Origin: Phoronis australis
Taxonomy: Eukaryota; Animalia; Phoronida
NCBI GenBank assembly: GCA_002633005.1
Contig: NMRA01000095.1
Span: 425,901 to 489,900 of the forward strand
Direction: 5' to 3'
DNA: 64,000 nucleotides
A model generated the notes under the pieces. The model did no database searches and was not told the DNA's origin. It saw nothing but the letters and a program-made list of their open reading frames with translations. Shown in pieces: positions 42,477 through 57,014 of the stretch. Each line of letters begins with the position of its first letter. The first letter of the stretch is position 1. The position numbers and the translations under genes were made by a program.

Positions 42477-45400
42477 TAAGTTCAATGACATTAGCATCAA
42501 CATGTGATGACTACAAAACAGTTTACATCAATACTCCTTTTGCACCAAAGATAAGTTGATCCAAAAGGGCCTTAAAAGATGGTACACTAAAGTTTCCTAA
42601 AATTTGAACGAAAATATTGGCACAAATTGTCATTTGTCATTTTTCAAACGCTTGCTGCATTGTCAAAAATCGTTTTTTGATGATGGCCATACTATACAAA
42701 GTTTTGCTAATAGTCAAGTAAATTTATATTTATTTTCTTGTTTACTTTTTTTGAAAAGTTTGATAAAATGGATTTTTGTTTTTTTGTCCCATTAAAAAAA
42801 TTAAATGTATCACCATTCTCTAATATTGTTTCAATAACAAAGCAGAAAAAATGGGGGTATTCAAACATGAGTCTAGATTCTAAACTTAGCTCAAAGCTTT
42901 TCAAACATGACTAAAAATTTCCAAACATGGCTCAGAACTTTTTAAACATGGTGCAGCAGTGTTTTTGTGTATGTGAAGATAACTGATAAATTGGGTCAGA
43001 TTATAGCGGACAAATGAAATTTTATCAATCAGTTTTTCAGAGAAGTACCATCCAATATCATTTTAAGTTCTGTGCCATATACAATGTTTTGATAAACTAG
43101 AAATTCATATCAATGTTACAAAGCCTTTGAAATGAAAAATATCGGTTTTGGCAGTTTTTTGTGAAAATCTGATTAGATTTTTCTGTGATAAAAATTTTGT
43201 GAGGTCAGTGAATAGTTATTCAAGACATGGTACTTCTCATTTGTGAGGCGGAGCAGAGTTTTGCTGTTAGTATATCTCAAAAATGAAATTGGATGAGAAT
43301 TCTAAACTTATTAACTCTATAGATCTCTGATTTCCTTGGCAACCTGAACAATATTTAGATTACCAGATACTCAGAATCTGACAGGCGTGTAGTCGTTTTT
43401 CCATGGGTTGTTTTTTACATCAGCTTCACAATGCAGTATTGATGATTTGGCTGGTCATTTTTGATGCCAGCAGTTTTGAATGATTGCACCAGCTGCAAAA
43501 ATAAAAATGCTAGGATCTGCTGCGCACAGAGAAAAGTGACATCGCTGGCATAGTTTTCGTAAAGGTGAGCTGTTCGGTTCCTCCAAATGGCCAACAGTGG
43601 CGTCTCTGTGCTGCCACATTGACCAGATAAGCAGAGCGGTGGATTGTTGTTGTTTGTCTGGCTCTAGATGTCAGTGTCTTCCTCGCATTAAGTTTGATAT
43701 TTAGTGTAGCTATAAATATGTAATGAAACATTGTCATTAGGAATATTGTTTTGAAGCAAACTATATAAAAATACGGTAACAAGCAAATAAGTGATTGTTA
43801 ACTAACTTCATCTTGTACGTGTCAAAGCGTTAGATTCGTGGAATAATCATTTTTGTTTTCAATTTTCTTGTCAAACTCTTCTGTCAGAGCCCAAAGTGGC
43901 TAGAAGCTGCCCCCAGCCTGTAAAACATATGGATGTTGTCAAATGATGTCTTATGAATCCCATTTTTGGACAATATAAATTTACACAGGAAATGCGTAAT
44001 TGGTTTATGGGGTGCCCAATGCTGGATTGACTTAATTTTTTCTTTATTTAGGAAGCTATTATTTTATAAGTCTACTGACTGCGCTAATGGTAAATAGTCC
44101 CAGCTGTCAGCACCACAGTTAAGATTGTACAAGTATTTCTCTCAGCTTAATTCTCAGAGGATTTATCCCGTGCTCGATTCCGCTTTGTTAGGAGATAGAT
44201 AACCCAGAAACCATTCTTACCAATTCTCAGTTTTGTTTTCTGCGTGGAATTATGGATTCAGTTCTAAACATTTAGAACTTTGTAGTGCTTTTTGTGCATC
44301 GAGTCTTCACATCACATCTCCTGTTCATCTTGTGATACTGCCTAGTGTTTTACTATAATATTCACCTTTTTGCCAAGATTCGGCATTTTTATGTTTAAAT
44401 ACAAATTCAATGGTTAGAATAGTCTCGAATGTGATGCTTCTCATTGCAAGTGAAAGGATTCATTTATGAAATTAACTGATGCCTCTCTCTGCATCTCCTC
44501 CTGCACTTGGATATTCCATTATTATGGGTGTTACATAACATTACATAACCAGTCTGCCTGACAACTACTGCTCAGTGCCCTAAAACAACATTGGTACACT
44601 TGAAACAACAGTGCCAATCTTTGTATGGCTGATCATCCCTTGTCCTCTCTCAGCTCTATTACCAAACCTGGTCACTGTCTTCCTGGAGCGAACAAAGACT
44701 GGCTTGAATCTGTGTAACCTTTAGCACATGTGTGGATTGTTTCCAAGTGCTGTCTTATATAATGACTGATTGATTTCAATTGGCATGAGGTACAACATGC
44801 TTGCTAACTGTTGTTCCCTGTGCTTCAAAGTATACAAAGAAATGCTATAAAGATTTAACAGGGTGATTTATATAAGTAGGCAACATGATATTTATGAAAA
44901 TATCGAGATTTTGAATTTAGCTTTTTCTCTGAACTTGTGTTTGTTGCATATTAACATTTGAAAGTATATTTAAAGTACCCGCTATTAATATTAATTTTGA
45001 AAAATTTTGTCTGCCCTTTCATTAAATTCAGCAAATCACATGCACATGGAAACTGGTTAGCGGCGCATCACTGCACTGGAAAGGGATCTCATGAAGTGGA
45101 CAGATGAGCGTTGGTTATTCTGTGAAATTGGTCTTGGATTCATTAGTTTTGGACCAGTTTTGATGTTGAAGTGGGCGTTATAGTCGACACGGACTTAAGT
45201 TCCCAGCTATTTGAATTATATATTAATTTTTGAAATATATATTAATTTAGAAATTGGTATTGATTCATAAGTTTAGTAAAATGTCTTCAATAAAACAATT
45301 ACTAAAATTGCCATATATTTTCAGTTGTTGCAAATGCTCAAAATTTTATCAAATGTTCTATAATAGCTACGGCATACAAACCATGCTAAAAGCAAAGTAA

Positions 45401-46282
45401 ATTTTCCTGAAAAGCTGAAAAGTTGATTTTGTTGAGAAATTTGGCAAATTGAAATTTCATCCGTCCGCCATAGTGTGTCCTAAACTGAAGTTTTTACCGT
45501 ACACGCACACTTTTCGTGTCTTGGAAAGTGATGTGGGCCAGACTTTGAACTTGTGGAGACACACCCCTAGTGTCAGGAGTCCGCCACCCCATGCCATAAG
45601 ACAGCCTATTAGTGTTCATACCAGGAGTTGACCCATTCCTTTGTCTGCTCAAATGGCATGTCATTATGCCTAATTGCCATGTGCTAAGAAGTCATTAACA
45701 CTGTTTATTAATTGTTGACTGGACAAATTTAATTTGTCAACAGTAGAGTGAAGGCAAGCTGAAGAAATGTAGGATCTCATTAGAAGGGCCCTCTGTTGTT
45801 AAGAGATAACAATATCCTGTGGTAGTCACACTTAAATGCATGTACATTGGCACACCTGAGACAATCAGAGTACAAGTCCTGATCATGAGGCAATCATTTT
45901 AATTTGGTACTTTTGAAACTACAGCAAGCGTTCGGGTTAGAGCACTGGGCATATTGGCAAGCATGAAAGACGGAGACGGGGTAATCCAATTGTATGTGGA
46001 CAATTGGCCTGAGTCAGACTGTTGCTCTGACCTCCAATGATTTTCGAAAGCTAAATTTTACTGATCCGAAGTTCAAGTTCGAAGAATTTTAACGCAAGGC
46101 TAGTTGACGATGTAAAAGTTGGATCAGTGCTCTCTGACCAACTCCAGTATTTGAACAGCAAAATTGGAGAAAACACAAATTGGCTGACTGTAATTACATT
46201 GCGACTAGGGATTGATACGGTTTCTGCATTTGAAATCGTACCTTACTATTTTGAAAATGAATTCCGAAAAGGAAAATTACGT

Positions 46283-46351
46283 GAGGGAGGGAGGAGGGGA
46301 GAGGGAGGGGGGCGGGAGAGGGGGAGGGATGGCGGGAGAGGGAGGGTGGGA
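46283..46351 (+). repeat. G-rich polypurine tract (potential G-quadruplex)
   Basis: About ten GGG+ runs with short loops in an AT-rich background. Confidence 0.75.
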
Positions 46352-47363
46352 GCTAGTCTAACCGTTAAATGCTTATTTGAAAGTTCTTCAAAGTAGACAG
46401 TGGTCACTGAGCTAAACAGAGGCAGCTTAATCCAAAAATTTTTTAAACTAGAGGTTGAGTGCTTAAGTAAGCATTGGCGACAAAGCGAATGTTTACGGTA
46501 TACACAAAAAGACGAATTTTACCCATTTTTGTGAACAATCCTGTTTCTGGTAATCGCACATAGTTCATTTTATTAGACATTTTATTTTTCTTGGTTTCTT
46601 AATAATTTGTCTTCACTTCTAAATTGCACAAGGAGACAAAGCAGTACGTTTCAAACTTTATAGGAAATCCCCCTGGAATGTTTTTAAAGTGGACCTTTCA
46701 CACTAAATCCTTACCTCTGTGATTGCTTGGTCAAATTAGTTAGAAACACAACGATGTGAATATGAAGTAGGTTGAAAATTGCCAAATGTTTTGAAGAAGA
46801 AAGTTTTGTGTCAAAAATGGTCTGCCGTAAATCACTCAACTGTGTCTAGTATATATTGTGATGTGATGTTAGGGAATAATACTACACCATGCAGGTTATG
46901 TGAGCCCCCAAGGCACGTCATTAGTGCAGAGGTGACCTATTTGCCAAATTTTTTGTATTCACATTTACAAGTTGACAATGAATACAACCGCACTTTGTTT
47001 AGCGCAGATGATGTTCAAATAGCATTGTGGTTTAGTTCCTGCTGTACTTTAGCATAGTTAGGAGCATGCAAATACGTCTTTAGGTCGATGAAAGAGATAT
47101 GAGTTGATTATAATGGGCAATAGGTGGAATTTTGAAAATTTTTTCTGGGATATTTAGTTGTAACTTCATTGCTCTTGTAACATTATCAAAACGAATTGAA
47201 GAAAATGATGGGACAGTATTGGCCTTTGTTTCTCTGCAATTTAGAAATTTTAGTTGCGATTTGTATATGTAAGAAGAAATTGTTAATTGATGCCAACTGG
47301 TAGTGATGAGCCATTTCCATGTTCTTTAACATCTTATTGAAAATTGTTTTGTTTGTTTTCCAG

Positions 47364-47388
47364 GAGGACGCCCAGTCAGCAGGAAGTG
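47364..47388 (+). CDS. SoxD: Coding microexon, 25 nt (EDAQSAGS+g), phase 0 to 1
   Basis: Acceptor ttgttttgtttgttttccag and donor TG|GTGAGT. It exactly bridges the phase-0 donor at 39439 and the phase-1 acceptor at 56398. Confidence 0.8.
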
Positions 47389-50309
47389 GTGAGTTGAATT
47401 TTCATTTCACGATGTTTTCGTTCTCCTAAATTCCCTCGTCTTTCACAGTTTTTTTGTTTGTTTTCATTCGCTTATTGGTTGTTTGTGAATATCATTTCTT
47501 GCTTTCTTGCTAGCTCTGTTCTTTTTGTGTATTAACCTCAGCTCTGTCTCTCTTGTTAGACTAACACACAGTTTTTATTTTGCCGTAAATATGACCCAAG
47601 GCTAGAGCAAATTCATGAATGGCCACTGAGCAGGATGTCTGTTAAGCGTTGGCGCAGCAACTGTTGACAGTCACTTTCTATTATCTGCGGAATGTTCGCC
47701 ACAAAATGTGAATGGAAGTCCACGCGCTGTGGATTAGGTCTGTAATTGGCTTCATAGAGGAATTCCATGGAACAAAATACCTTTTTTAATGTGACACACG
47801 CTCCCACATGTCCGGCTGGCTTGGGATGGCACATTGTTCCAATATTGCGATTTCATGAATGGTCTTCTAATCACCTTTGTCTACCACACTGTTTTAAGCC
47901 GTCGCCATGGTTACGGGTGTCTTTTTCCTCATGCTCAACCTCAGATAGAGATTTGCACCCCGTGTGTTTCTTTTGCATTCTATTTTAGGCAATTCACTTC
48001 AGTGACTGGGTCTTTAAAAGCGCGGTCTTGGTTATAAGATTTTGAGATTTTGTTTTTTGTCCAAATCTCGTGGACAACATCATGCATGTCACCTATCTCA
48101 ACACACACTGCAATAAAAGGTTGTGAAGGTGGTAGATTCATGTCTGTAGCTGTGGTCAAGTGAATTGATTGGTCTCACCTGAAATGTTAATCGACGTTTT
48201 CTCACTTATTGGTTTTCAAATAAACTTCAACAGTACATTGTCAGACTGTGCAAAACTTGGACTAACTTCTTGCCGCAATAACAGGTCTTCACTAGTCAAG
48301 TCGAACTTTTGCAGCAATAAAATAGCATTTTTGTCTTAATAATATCATGGTATTACAGCTAGCCATTAGTTGCTTATTTATGAATAGACTTGCAAAGTGA
48401 TTTGCCACGATTTCAACAAGTGCATGGCGTAACATCTGTTGAGGTTTTGTCTACATTTAGCCAGAATCTTGAGTTCTAGTTGAGAAAAATGTTTTTCATC
48501 ATGTTTGTCAAATTTCAGTGTTGTCCAGTTTATTTTGAAAACTGTTGTGTGTTAATCAGATTTGCACTAGCTCGTTTCAAGCATAACTTTCGCTGTACTA
48601 TCAAAACAACAAAAACATTCCTTTTTTTGCGCTTGCCTTTGTCCCGAGCATTGGCATCTTGTCATGTAGCAGTCATCCGGTTTTGGACAGGTGCAAGCTA
48701 GACGTGATTTATTACTGCTTTGTAGTCCCTAAAACCTTATTCCCTGTAATTGGCTTGTCTACCAACAGAGGTTCCTTTAATTGTTATGGCCGACACAGCA
48801 GTCCCTGTCGGCAGTACAATACCTTCCATTAAAAACATTTGTTTCTTGTTAGCTCCAAATTACTGAATACGCCAAAGTCTGGCCATGGGATTCATGCCTA
48901 CCTTTTAATGCTAATTAAGCTTTGCTCTGTGGTCTTGACAGTGCATTAGTTTTGTTTTACATTTAATTGGTTTGGTTCCCATTTCTTGAGTGATGCCCCC
49001 CACCCACTCTGGTTGGTGTTTGGCTGATTCGAATCCGTCCTATTTCGATTAATCGTCAACTTGTGGTAATATTGTAAATGCCAAGTTGCTGATACAAGCA
49101 CCACAACTCCCTCCCTTGGAAGTTTTGTAGGCACCCCATGGAGTTCAATTAGGTAAAACAACATTGACGGTTTTGGTTATAAATATGTTAAAAAGCTGTG
49201 GAGTAAAAGCCTCAGTATTTTTTATATTATTATTTTTAATTTTTCTTTGTTATGTACAGTGTAATACCAAGTTTATGTGAGAATTCTATTTTGCAAGATA
49301 TTTTCCAATTTCTATCGTGCTTCTTTGTGTAGACGTTGTGAATTAAAAATGACATTGGTTGAAATAGATCTACGAGAAGCAAGCTTTTAGAGTAAATTGA
49401 TCACCTGATCTCTTTACCTATTGCTGAGGTGGTCACTAATCGCTAACCCATTAGATTTGTTTGGAAATCCCCATCTGGCGGTGCGCCTCCCGCAACATTC
49501 CCCCTCACAGCAGCCTTTGTTTGTCGTCACAATACTCCGACTTGACAGGCCGCAGGTTGACACTGGATCGATGGCTTTTTGCCACCTGCCAAATCTGATT
49601 ACTTCAGCAGACTCGCGTCTTTTTCCACCATTCTCATGATGTTGTTTTCTTGTTTGGCGCTTCGTTTCTTTTGTCGTGGAGCGAAAACATTTTTCTCATG
49701 TTAGGCATTTTTAATTAAAAAATTCTTAATAGAATTAACATAACGAGCAGTTTGTGTACGAGCGACAAGCGAAGACTGCAAGAGTCACTGGAAAATCCTA
49801 TACTCCTTGTTTAATTGGCGTCCATTAGTGTATTGACACAATAATGGTATATAGCTGGTTTTAGTGGAAGTAGGCCTGCTGAAATATTTGGTTGTTTAGT
49901 GGAGTGTCGATTCCTGACATGTCTTAATGTTTATTATTCAATTGGATAGCGCCGTTGATTTGATTTCTTTCGACCATAATTGTTAGATTGTGTTCCACTG
50001 TTAGTTGGGGTTACCTCACTACATTATTGATGGCCTGCGAGGACTGATGCCCTTTTGTCGTATCCCGATTATTTGTCTTTGCTAAGTTATCTCGATTTCG
50101 AGGTTACTTATTTGTCTAGGCAACTGTTTTACGATATATTTATAATTGTGGTGAACTATCCAAAACTTTCAAGGCCATGAATCCTATTTTTTTTGGTTTG
50201 TTTTGATGCTATGGTGCAATATTTTGTTAACTTGCCCACTTTTTCAAGAGAACCTACGTGGGGCAAAAAAAGTGATACGTTTTTCGCTCAACTCGTGTGG
50301 ACCGAGCAT

Positions 50310-50814
50310 ACCATTGACAGGTACATACGCCTCACTGGACAAGTAATGGCGTTTAAAACCATATTTGCTCGAGTGGCCAACTGGGGTGTCTTCCGATCAT
50401 GCCACCCTCATCATGTAGTGATCTGGTCTTTCGTTCCTGGCCACGCCGGTGTCTTGATTAATGAGCTTGCAGATTACCTCGCTGGCTCATGTACCACCAA
50501 CCAACCCTCTGCTTATTATTGGCTGATGTTAAGATGCTGGCTCACCAACGCACCTTCGCGCAGACTTCGTCCCAACTGGCCGAGTTCAACGATGGCAGCC
50601 GACTGCTCATGGCTGATGTTACATATAGCCATGCTGCTAAAAGTCATAACAAAAACCCTGCCCGAGTGTTGTCCAATCAGGTGCTGACGGGCAAAGTCAG
50701 CCTTGGAGTTCTGCGCCTTCTGCTGTCGCGGGGATGGTCTTGGGGGGGGGTTAATCCGCCGGCATATCCCCAGTGATCCTGTCCATGACAGGTATTACAG
50801 GTATTACAGGTATT
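50310..50814 (+). mobile_element. Decayed 3' fragment of an RNase H-containing non-LTR retrotransposon
   Basis: Translation FVPGHAGVLINELADYLA matches the RNase H C-terminal motif (WxPGHxGxxGNExADxLA). A frameshifted LTDS-like stretch lies near 50331, and the region ends in (ACAGGTATT)x3. Confidence 0.75.
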
Positions 50815-53800
50815 GGGTTTTTCAAAAAAGTTGCTGACCTTGATGGAAATAGTTGCAGACTGGAACTTTTTTCTTAAGTAGTAAGTGCAGGGCTTAGAAG
50901 AAGTGGAATACAGACCAGAACCAACTAATGATTTGTGCCTAATCTTTAAGACTAACGCTGAGAGTTCAGCTGACTGGCTGCGAATGCCAAAAAACAATTT
51001 TCTTCTTTTCTTGTTTCCGCGAGACATCCCGACATACAGCCTTGTACAACAATAAAAAATAAAAGTAGTTATTTTTCGCCGCGTGTGATTCCCAGTAAAA
51101 ACAGATCGAGTTTCATTGTCAATAATCTGACAAGGCTGCTCTATGAGGCCTCACTGTATTCTTGTTCTTGTCAGCCGGAGCAGCAGGAAGCATCAATTTG
51201 GCTACTTTTTACTTGATTTGCTATATTTTTCCTGCCCGCAGGTGTCACTGTCTTATTTGGTTGACATCACTCAATTTTCTCTCGGTGTCTCGTTTCATCT
51301 TACGGCGTTCAAGGCCCATTTTTGACAAGGGCGTGTTGGCCATTCATGAACCTTAAGTTTCAGGTATTTTTGCCAGTTCACCAAATGCATTTTCCTTGCT
51401 CGTTAACAAAAAATCTGATGTGATCTCAAAAGGAAACACCCAAGACATTACGCGGTGAAGTTATCAAATTTAAATCTCAATGGGGCAAAAAGGAGGATTT
51501 TATTTTGTCAAATTTCCCACCAAATTTAACTATAGCGTAAATAAATTTTACTCAATGCATTTTGCATTTGTCGTCAAATAAACCATAGTGAAATTGTGAG
51601 AATTTGGTAACACTTGAAAGATTGGAAGAATAAGTTTTACCAATCATTTTTCTTTGCATTTGAATGAATCGTATGGCAGTTAGTGTCAGTAATCAGACAT
51701 ACCAGTGTATCTGCTCATTTTGTTTCGCTAATAGATGTTAGCATTTCTTTTTTTTTTTTTCGGCAAACAAATCCATGTAAGCTTTACAGGATTTATATTT
51801 AGAAACATGTTAGGACTTTAAATCAAAGATTTTCCTGGACAAATGGCGCCAGCCGATTTAATAATTTACACACAAGTTTTCATCTACAAGAATTAACATT
51901 TTACCCCAGTGTTCATTTCCCATAAGACAAATAAAAAATTGTCCCCCTTGTTCGAACTGTGATCTTTGGAGCGATTGTTTGCCATAGTGTCCCCCAGTGG
52001 ACAGTGATTATTGGTCATATTTGATTACTACAATGAAATATTTAACCTCAGTGTCAACAGTTGATCACAAATTGGTTGTATTCTCTTGTTGTGAATTATT
52101 CAAAGACACCTAAGTGCGCCGCTTGTCTGTACACGAACATGTTTTTTGTCTACTTTTAGTATGAAAACCCTATTAGCATGCCATCAGTGGTGCTATATGG
52201 AAGTTGGGTCAGTGTGAATACATTAGGTTGTTTTATGAGACCTAATTTAATTTCCCGATCTCAATAAAACTGTTCCATTATTACATTACAAATCTAAAAG
52301 CCTGTAGTTCATTTGAAGTGCTTCTTTGTGGCATTTTGAAGCAACCACAACCAGTTCATGACACCAGATGAACCAGTTTTGACCAGGAGCAATTTTATAC
52401 CAGGGTATCTTTGGGTTTTTCAAGTACCATTTGATTGTGAAAATGTGTGTAGGAAGCAGGCGGTGACAGAGTGTGTGACCTGAATGAGATAATAATGAAT
52501 GTTGAAGCACGTGCAGGTCAGGGTTCAAGTTTTGTTGTGAAAACCTGAAAAAATGTACTCCTACATATCAAAACTGGGAAATGGGCGACCGTAGGTGTGG
52601 TTACTGGTTTCAGCAGAAACTGGAAGATAATGCAGTTGGGAGATAAAAGGTTGTTTTTTTCAAGTTCCGAAAAATGGAGAGCTCTGGGAAGATGAGAGTT
52701 TCAGTAATTTTGTGGGTTTAACTATAAACTGGCATCCTTGTCGTAGACTCACTGAAATGTGAAGTCCGGCGGCGCTTATAAGTTGGCTGATTTTAACAGG
52801 CTCTTTGTCTGACAGAAAGTTACATTTCAGTTGGGCTGTCAGTGACATAATCAAATATTCTACTTTTGAGAAACAAAATGATAAACAGATGTCATCAGTA
52901 ATTCCGATTGGAATGTCTTTGCGCTCACCTTTCTTGCGTTATGTAGGGGTCGAAGCAGTGCTGAACACACATAATGCCAAAGCTTTTATTATATCTGCCT
53001 AGCTAGGTAATTGATTCATTAGCCAGGGAGAGCTGTTAAGATGGATAATATAATCACCTATAGTGTAAATGAGGAAACAAGCGGAGTTCACAGACCTGCC
53101 CTGCCTTCTTTGGTCATATTGTTGTTAGCCTGTAGAAATATGAGATAGTCTATTGAGCCAGTAAGCTATTTCCCTGTTGTTCTTGTTGTTGGTGGACTTG
53201 TTAAAAGCATTTGATCTGACGCGTTAGCTATATTGTTGCAAAAGCATTTCTGATTCATTGGAATCTTATGTGTTTAATTCCAAAAGTTACATGGTTGTCG
53301 TGTAATAACTGATAACTTGATATATTCAGTTATTGCGATGATTTATTTCTGTTGGGATCGTTCGAAGCAATAAAACGTTACAGTGAAATGGCATTAATTT
53401 AGGTCACAACATGGGCGACAAGTGAAATGTTTTTCAAGCAACGCCAAATGAATGCTACACCACTTGTGAAGATCTATACCACAGTTACCACCACACAATG
53501 ATTCTGAGATATTGTGGACGTTCATAACAGTGTTAGAAGCGTATGAAAAATGAAAAAGGACAAATTTGGCAGAAATTTCCGTTCGAAATTGGTGATATTT
53601 TACCATATCTGGCTACCTGCTTAATATTTTATTTTGCGTTATGGCAGTTGTTGAGTGAATCGGTACATCCATCATAATTACTTGCTTCTTTTATAGTTTT
53701 AGCATTTTCTATAGTTATAATTCATTATTAAGACAATGTTGTTCAATGCCGCAACATGGCTACGTCTTCACAAAACCGTCCCGAAAGACATATCGACTAA

Positions 53801-56397
53801 CTTCTCTATTCACTGTTCAAAGCATTTAACATCAAACATTTATTAATGTTATCTGCCAGACTGGAGCATCTAATGTGTTGCATATGTTTATTATATTCAT
53901 TGCCGCTAATTGCATTCTGTTAATTACATCCGGTGATGTCTGGTAATCATTTAATGGCCTGGCTTGCCTTTGTGTTGAACAAGCTAGAGGATGTTTACAA
54001 CACAATGAGGGTTGTCTGGTTGGACTTAAAACAAATCCCTGTGATCCCACTGGAAACCTTGGGTTATGGTTCTACAGCTATAAAGAGATTTGTAATTGGG
54101 CTATTCGATGTTCTCTAATGAAGGAGATAGAATTCAAAGTTTTGTAATTGTCGTTCCTCACTGGATTGTGTCCATAATGGGAGGTTTAGTTTCTCTAGCC
54201 ACAATGGAGGTTGAACTCAACCCTGCTAATGTCAGGCGATGTCTTGATGGCAGATCCTAGTGAACAACAGTCATGATGCATTAGTCATCAAGTTTGAAGA
54301 AAAAATGTGTTGTGTTTCTTGGCAATGTTGCACAATGTTCTGTGGCTTTCTGGCCGTTCCTTTCATTGTAACACACCCTGGCTTGTGATGTCTGGAGAAC
54401 CTGCGAATAGAATGGGAGTTCTGGGTAACTGTTGTTGTGGTTTACAGTTCAAATCAATGACCACCCGAAAGGATAGCACATTGGCCCTACCTGAAACATC
54501 GCTTGTGGTATACATTTTGGTGGTGGTATTTCGCTTCATTGGTCTGGTTTGAATTATGGAAGAAATCCTGCTACAAATCTGTGCAAGTTGGACAAGTTTT
54601 TGAAAGCGAAACACTCCATGTCACTTATGCCATTTTTTTCTAAGAGATAAGAAATTTGCTTCAAGTGGTTTCTGTTCACAGTGATGTACGCAGTTTTGCC
54701 TGTTGTAAATCTCAGCATTTTTTGTCTAAACTTTTTTGTTTTACAACTTGTTTAGTGCCTATGTATTGTATTGTTTGTACTTTAATGCAGTCTTCATAGG
54801 TTTGTGAGTGCCACATTCAGTGACCTTGACATAAACAATAAGCGACCTTGAAGTAAACAGTAAATACAATTTCCATCAGTTCAGGACTCACATTTCACCA
54901 AGTGTTTTTTAAAACCCCCATGATGAAGTAAGCGACGTGTCCAGTCTGTCAACACTCCCACTGGAGGCAGTCACCTTAAATAAACTGCAGGGGCAAAAAA
55001 TTAAATAATGCCCAATGTTCTAAACAAACCTTGTCTGGTTGGATGTGCTGCCCATCAGAAATTCACTGAAGTATGACAGGAGTACAGTGCTGCCATGGTG
55101 ACGGGGCATCAGAGGGTGCCAGGGAGGGTGGGATTGGGAGCACCTTTGGGTGGGTTCTGTGCCAAGTGTACAAGTTGATGATAGTTTCAAGTCACCACCT
55201 TGGCCGTGTGATTGTTTCAGCTTAATAGGGTGACTGGCTTTTGTAAACCGGCAAGAAAATAATGGATATTTTAAATAAAACAGACTGTCCTTGTTGTGTA
55301 GCTCCATGTCTTTGGTTTCATATTACATTGTGAAGCTCAGTATGTATCACAGGCAAAAAAATAATAATACATTTTGCAAGTGACACTTTACTGTCTGAAT
55401 GTATGAATGCAAATTTTGTCTATCCGCAGTTATGATGGATTTGTTATTTACAGTGTTGACAAGATGTGATTTTCTATAGTTAGTCTTGGTGCTATTGTTT
55501 ATAATCTTCTCAAGTGAATAAACAACTTATTGGTTAGCAGTGGTGGTCATGCCTACTTGAAGCTACCTGATGCAGTTATTTTGTGCTTCATTCCAAGACA
55601 AAAAATCACCAGCTAGGCTTGGTCAGTTGATATGGTAACAGACTGCAATCTTGTGGGGTATATGTGAACTTTAGTCCATGACTCTCAGGTGGCCTCATCA
55701 TGGCTATTATGATGCATCTGTTTTAAGCACAACAACTCTGGCTTCAAAAGGTCAAAAAGGTAGCCTGTCTGCTTAATTGTTTTTGTTTCCTGTAACCATA
55801 CTTTAATGTTTGTTGCCGAGGTCGGCTAAATGTGGCGTCGTATGGGTACATCTCAGAAACCCAACTCGTGGTGATTCACAGAGGTATTTGCTCATTTCGT
55901 CATCAATAAAACAATCATGGTGGTGTACTGTTTGCCCGCAAACAATTGTGTTGTACTTATCTATGGTGCAAGTAGCAAAGGTTGTGCCGAGGTTTCCGGG
56001 AGTCATGTTTCTTCACTTATCAAAAGTCGAATTCTTAATAACCGCCACATTTATGCAATGTACTCCTTTGCTTGCTCTTGGGTTTGAGTGAAAGTGCTTT
56101 TCCGGGTCTTGTGTTGAAGCTGGCTTGATGATCTGTTGACACTTGTCCGGTGTAGTCTCTGCAGAGTAGTCACTTTGACCTGCATTACAATAGGTCATTG
56201 CTGTTATTACTTTTTGATGATTTGCTCAACAAACGGCTTCCTCTGATACAGTAGCCATCAAAATATCCAGTGGCTTTATAGCTTCTCTGTTGATTACCGC
56301 TGTATATGACTACCCATTACTGTGTCGCAGTTTTCATTGCATCTAACAATATTGTGTATAGTTTTTGGATAACACGTGTCTTTCTTTGCTGTTTCAG

Positions 56398-56504
56398 CAT
56401 CGCACAAGTCACCTTCTCCGCTGACCGTGGACGCACAGTCGCCACGGCAACCTACCTCACCTGCACAGGTGTCTCCGCGTGCACTCCAGTCGCCACATGC
56501 ACAG
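56398..56504 (+). CDS. SoxD: Coding exon, Ser/Pro-rich (ASHKSPSP...SPHAQ), phase 1 to 0
   Basis: Acceptor tctttctttgctgtttcag, donor CAG|GTAAGA, open frame, GC-richer than flanks. Confidence 0.85.
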
Positions 56505-56916
56505 GTAAGAGGTTCTCAAGTGACACGTGTACAATGGGCGTCAAAAGATTTTAACAACAGTTGTTGTTATCAGTTGATAAAATTGATTTCTAAATACAAC
56601 ATTGTGCGACATTGCCTTCTGTTGTATGGAGCTGCTTACATACACCTTACACAAGGATCTATGACGTACAGTTTTAGAATTTCTGTTATCCGCATGTACA
56701 TATTTTCATTATTTGTTATTTCATTGTATTGTCTTTTTACAGTGGGCAATGTATGCACGTCGTTCACTGATGTTTTGTTATAATTTTTTTTATATTATGT
56801 TATTTATTTTGTCAGTTTGATTTACCTTATTGCACATTTTTCAACTGGTCCCCAGGGAAGAACAGGCAGTCCAATCTAAAGTATAAATCACCAAAAACTG
56901 TATGAAACATGATACA

Positions 56917-56997
56917 TATTGTATTGCTCTGTATTGTATTGTATTGCATTGCATTGTACTGTATTGTATTGTATTGTATTGTATTGTATTGTATTGT
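56917..56997. repeat. (TATTG)n pentanucleotide microsatellite
   Basis: About 16 units, some degenerate. Confidence 0.92.
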
Positions 56998-57014
56998 GTT
57001 TTGTTTGATTGCAG

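Noticed and set aside
51158-51246. Acceptor-like sites as a possible Q-rich exon
   Set aside because: Frame closes quickly and no convincing donor follows.
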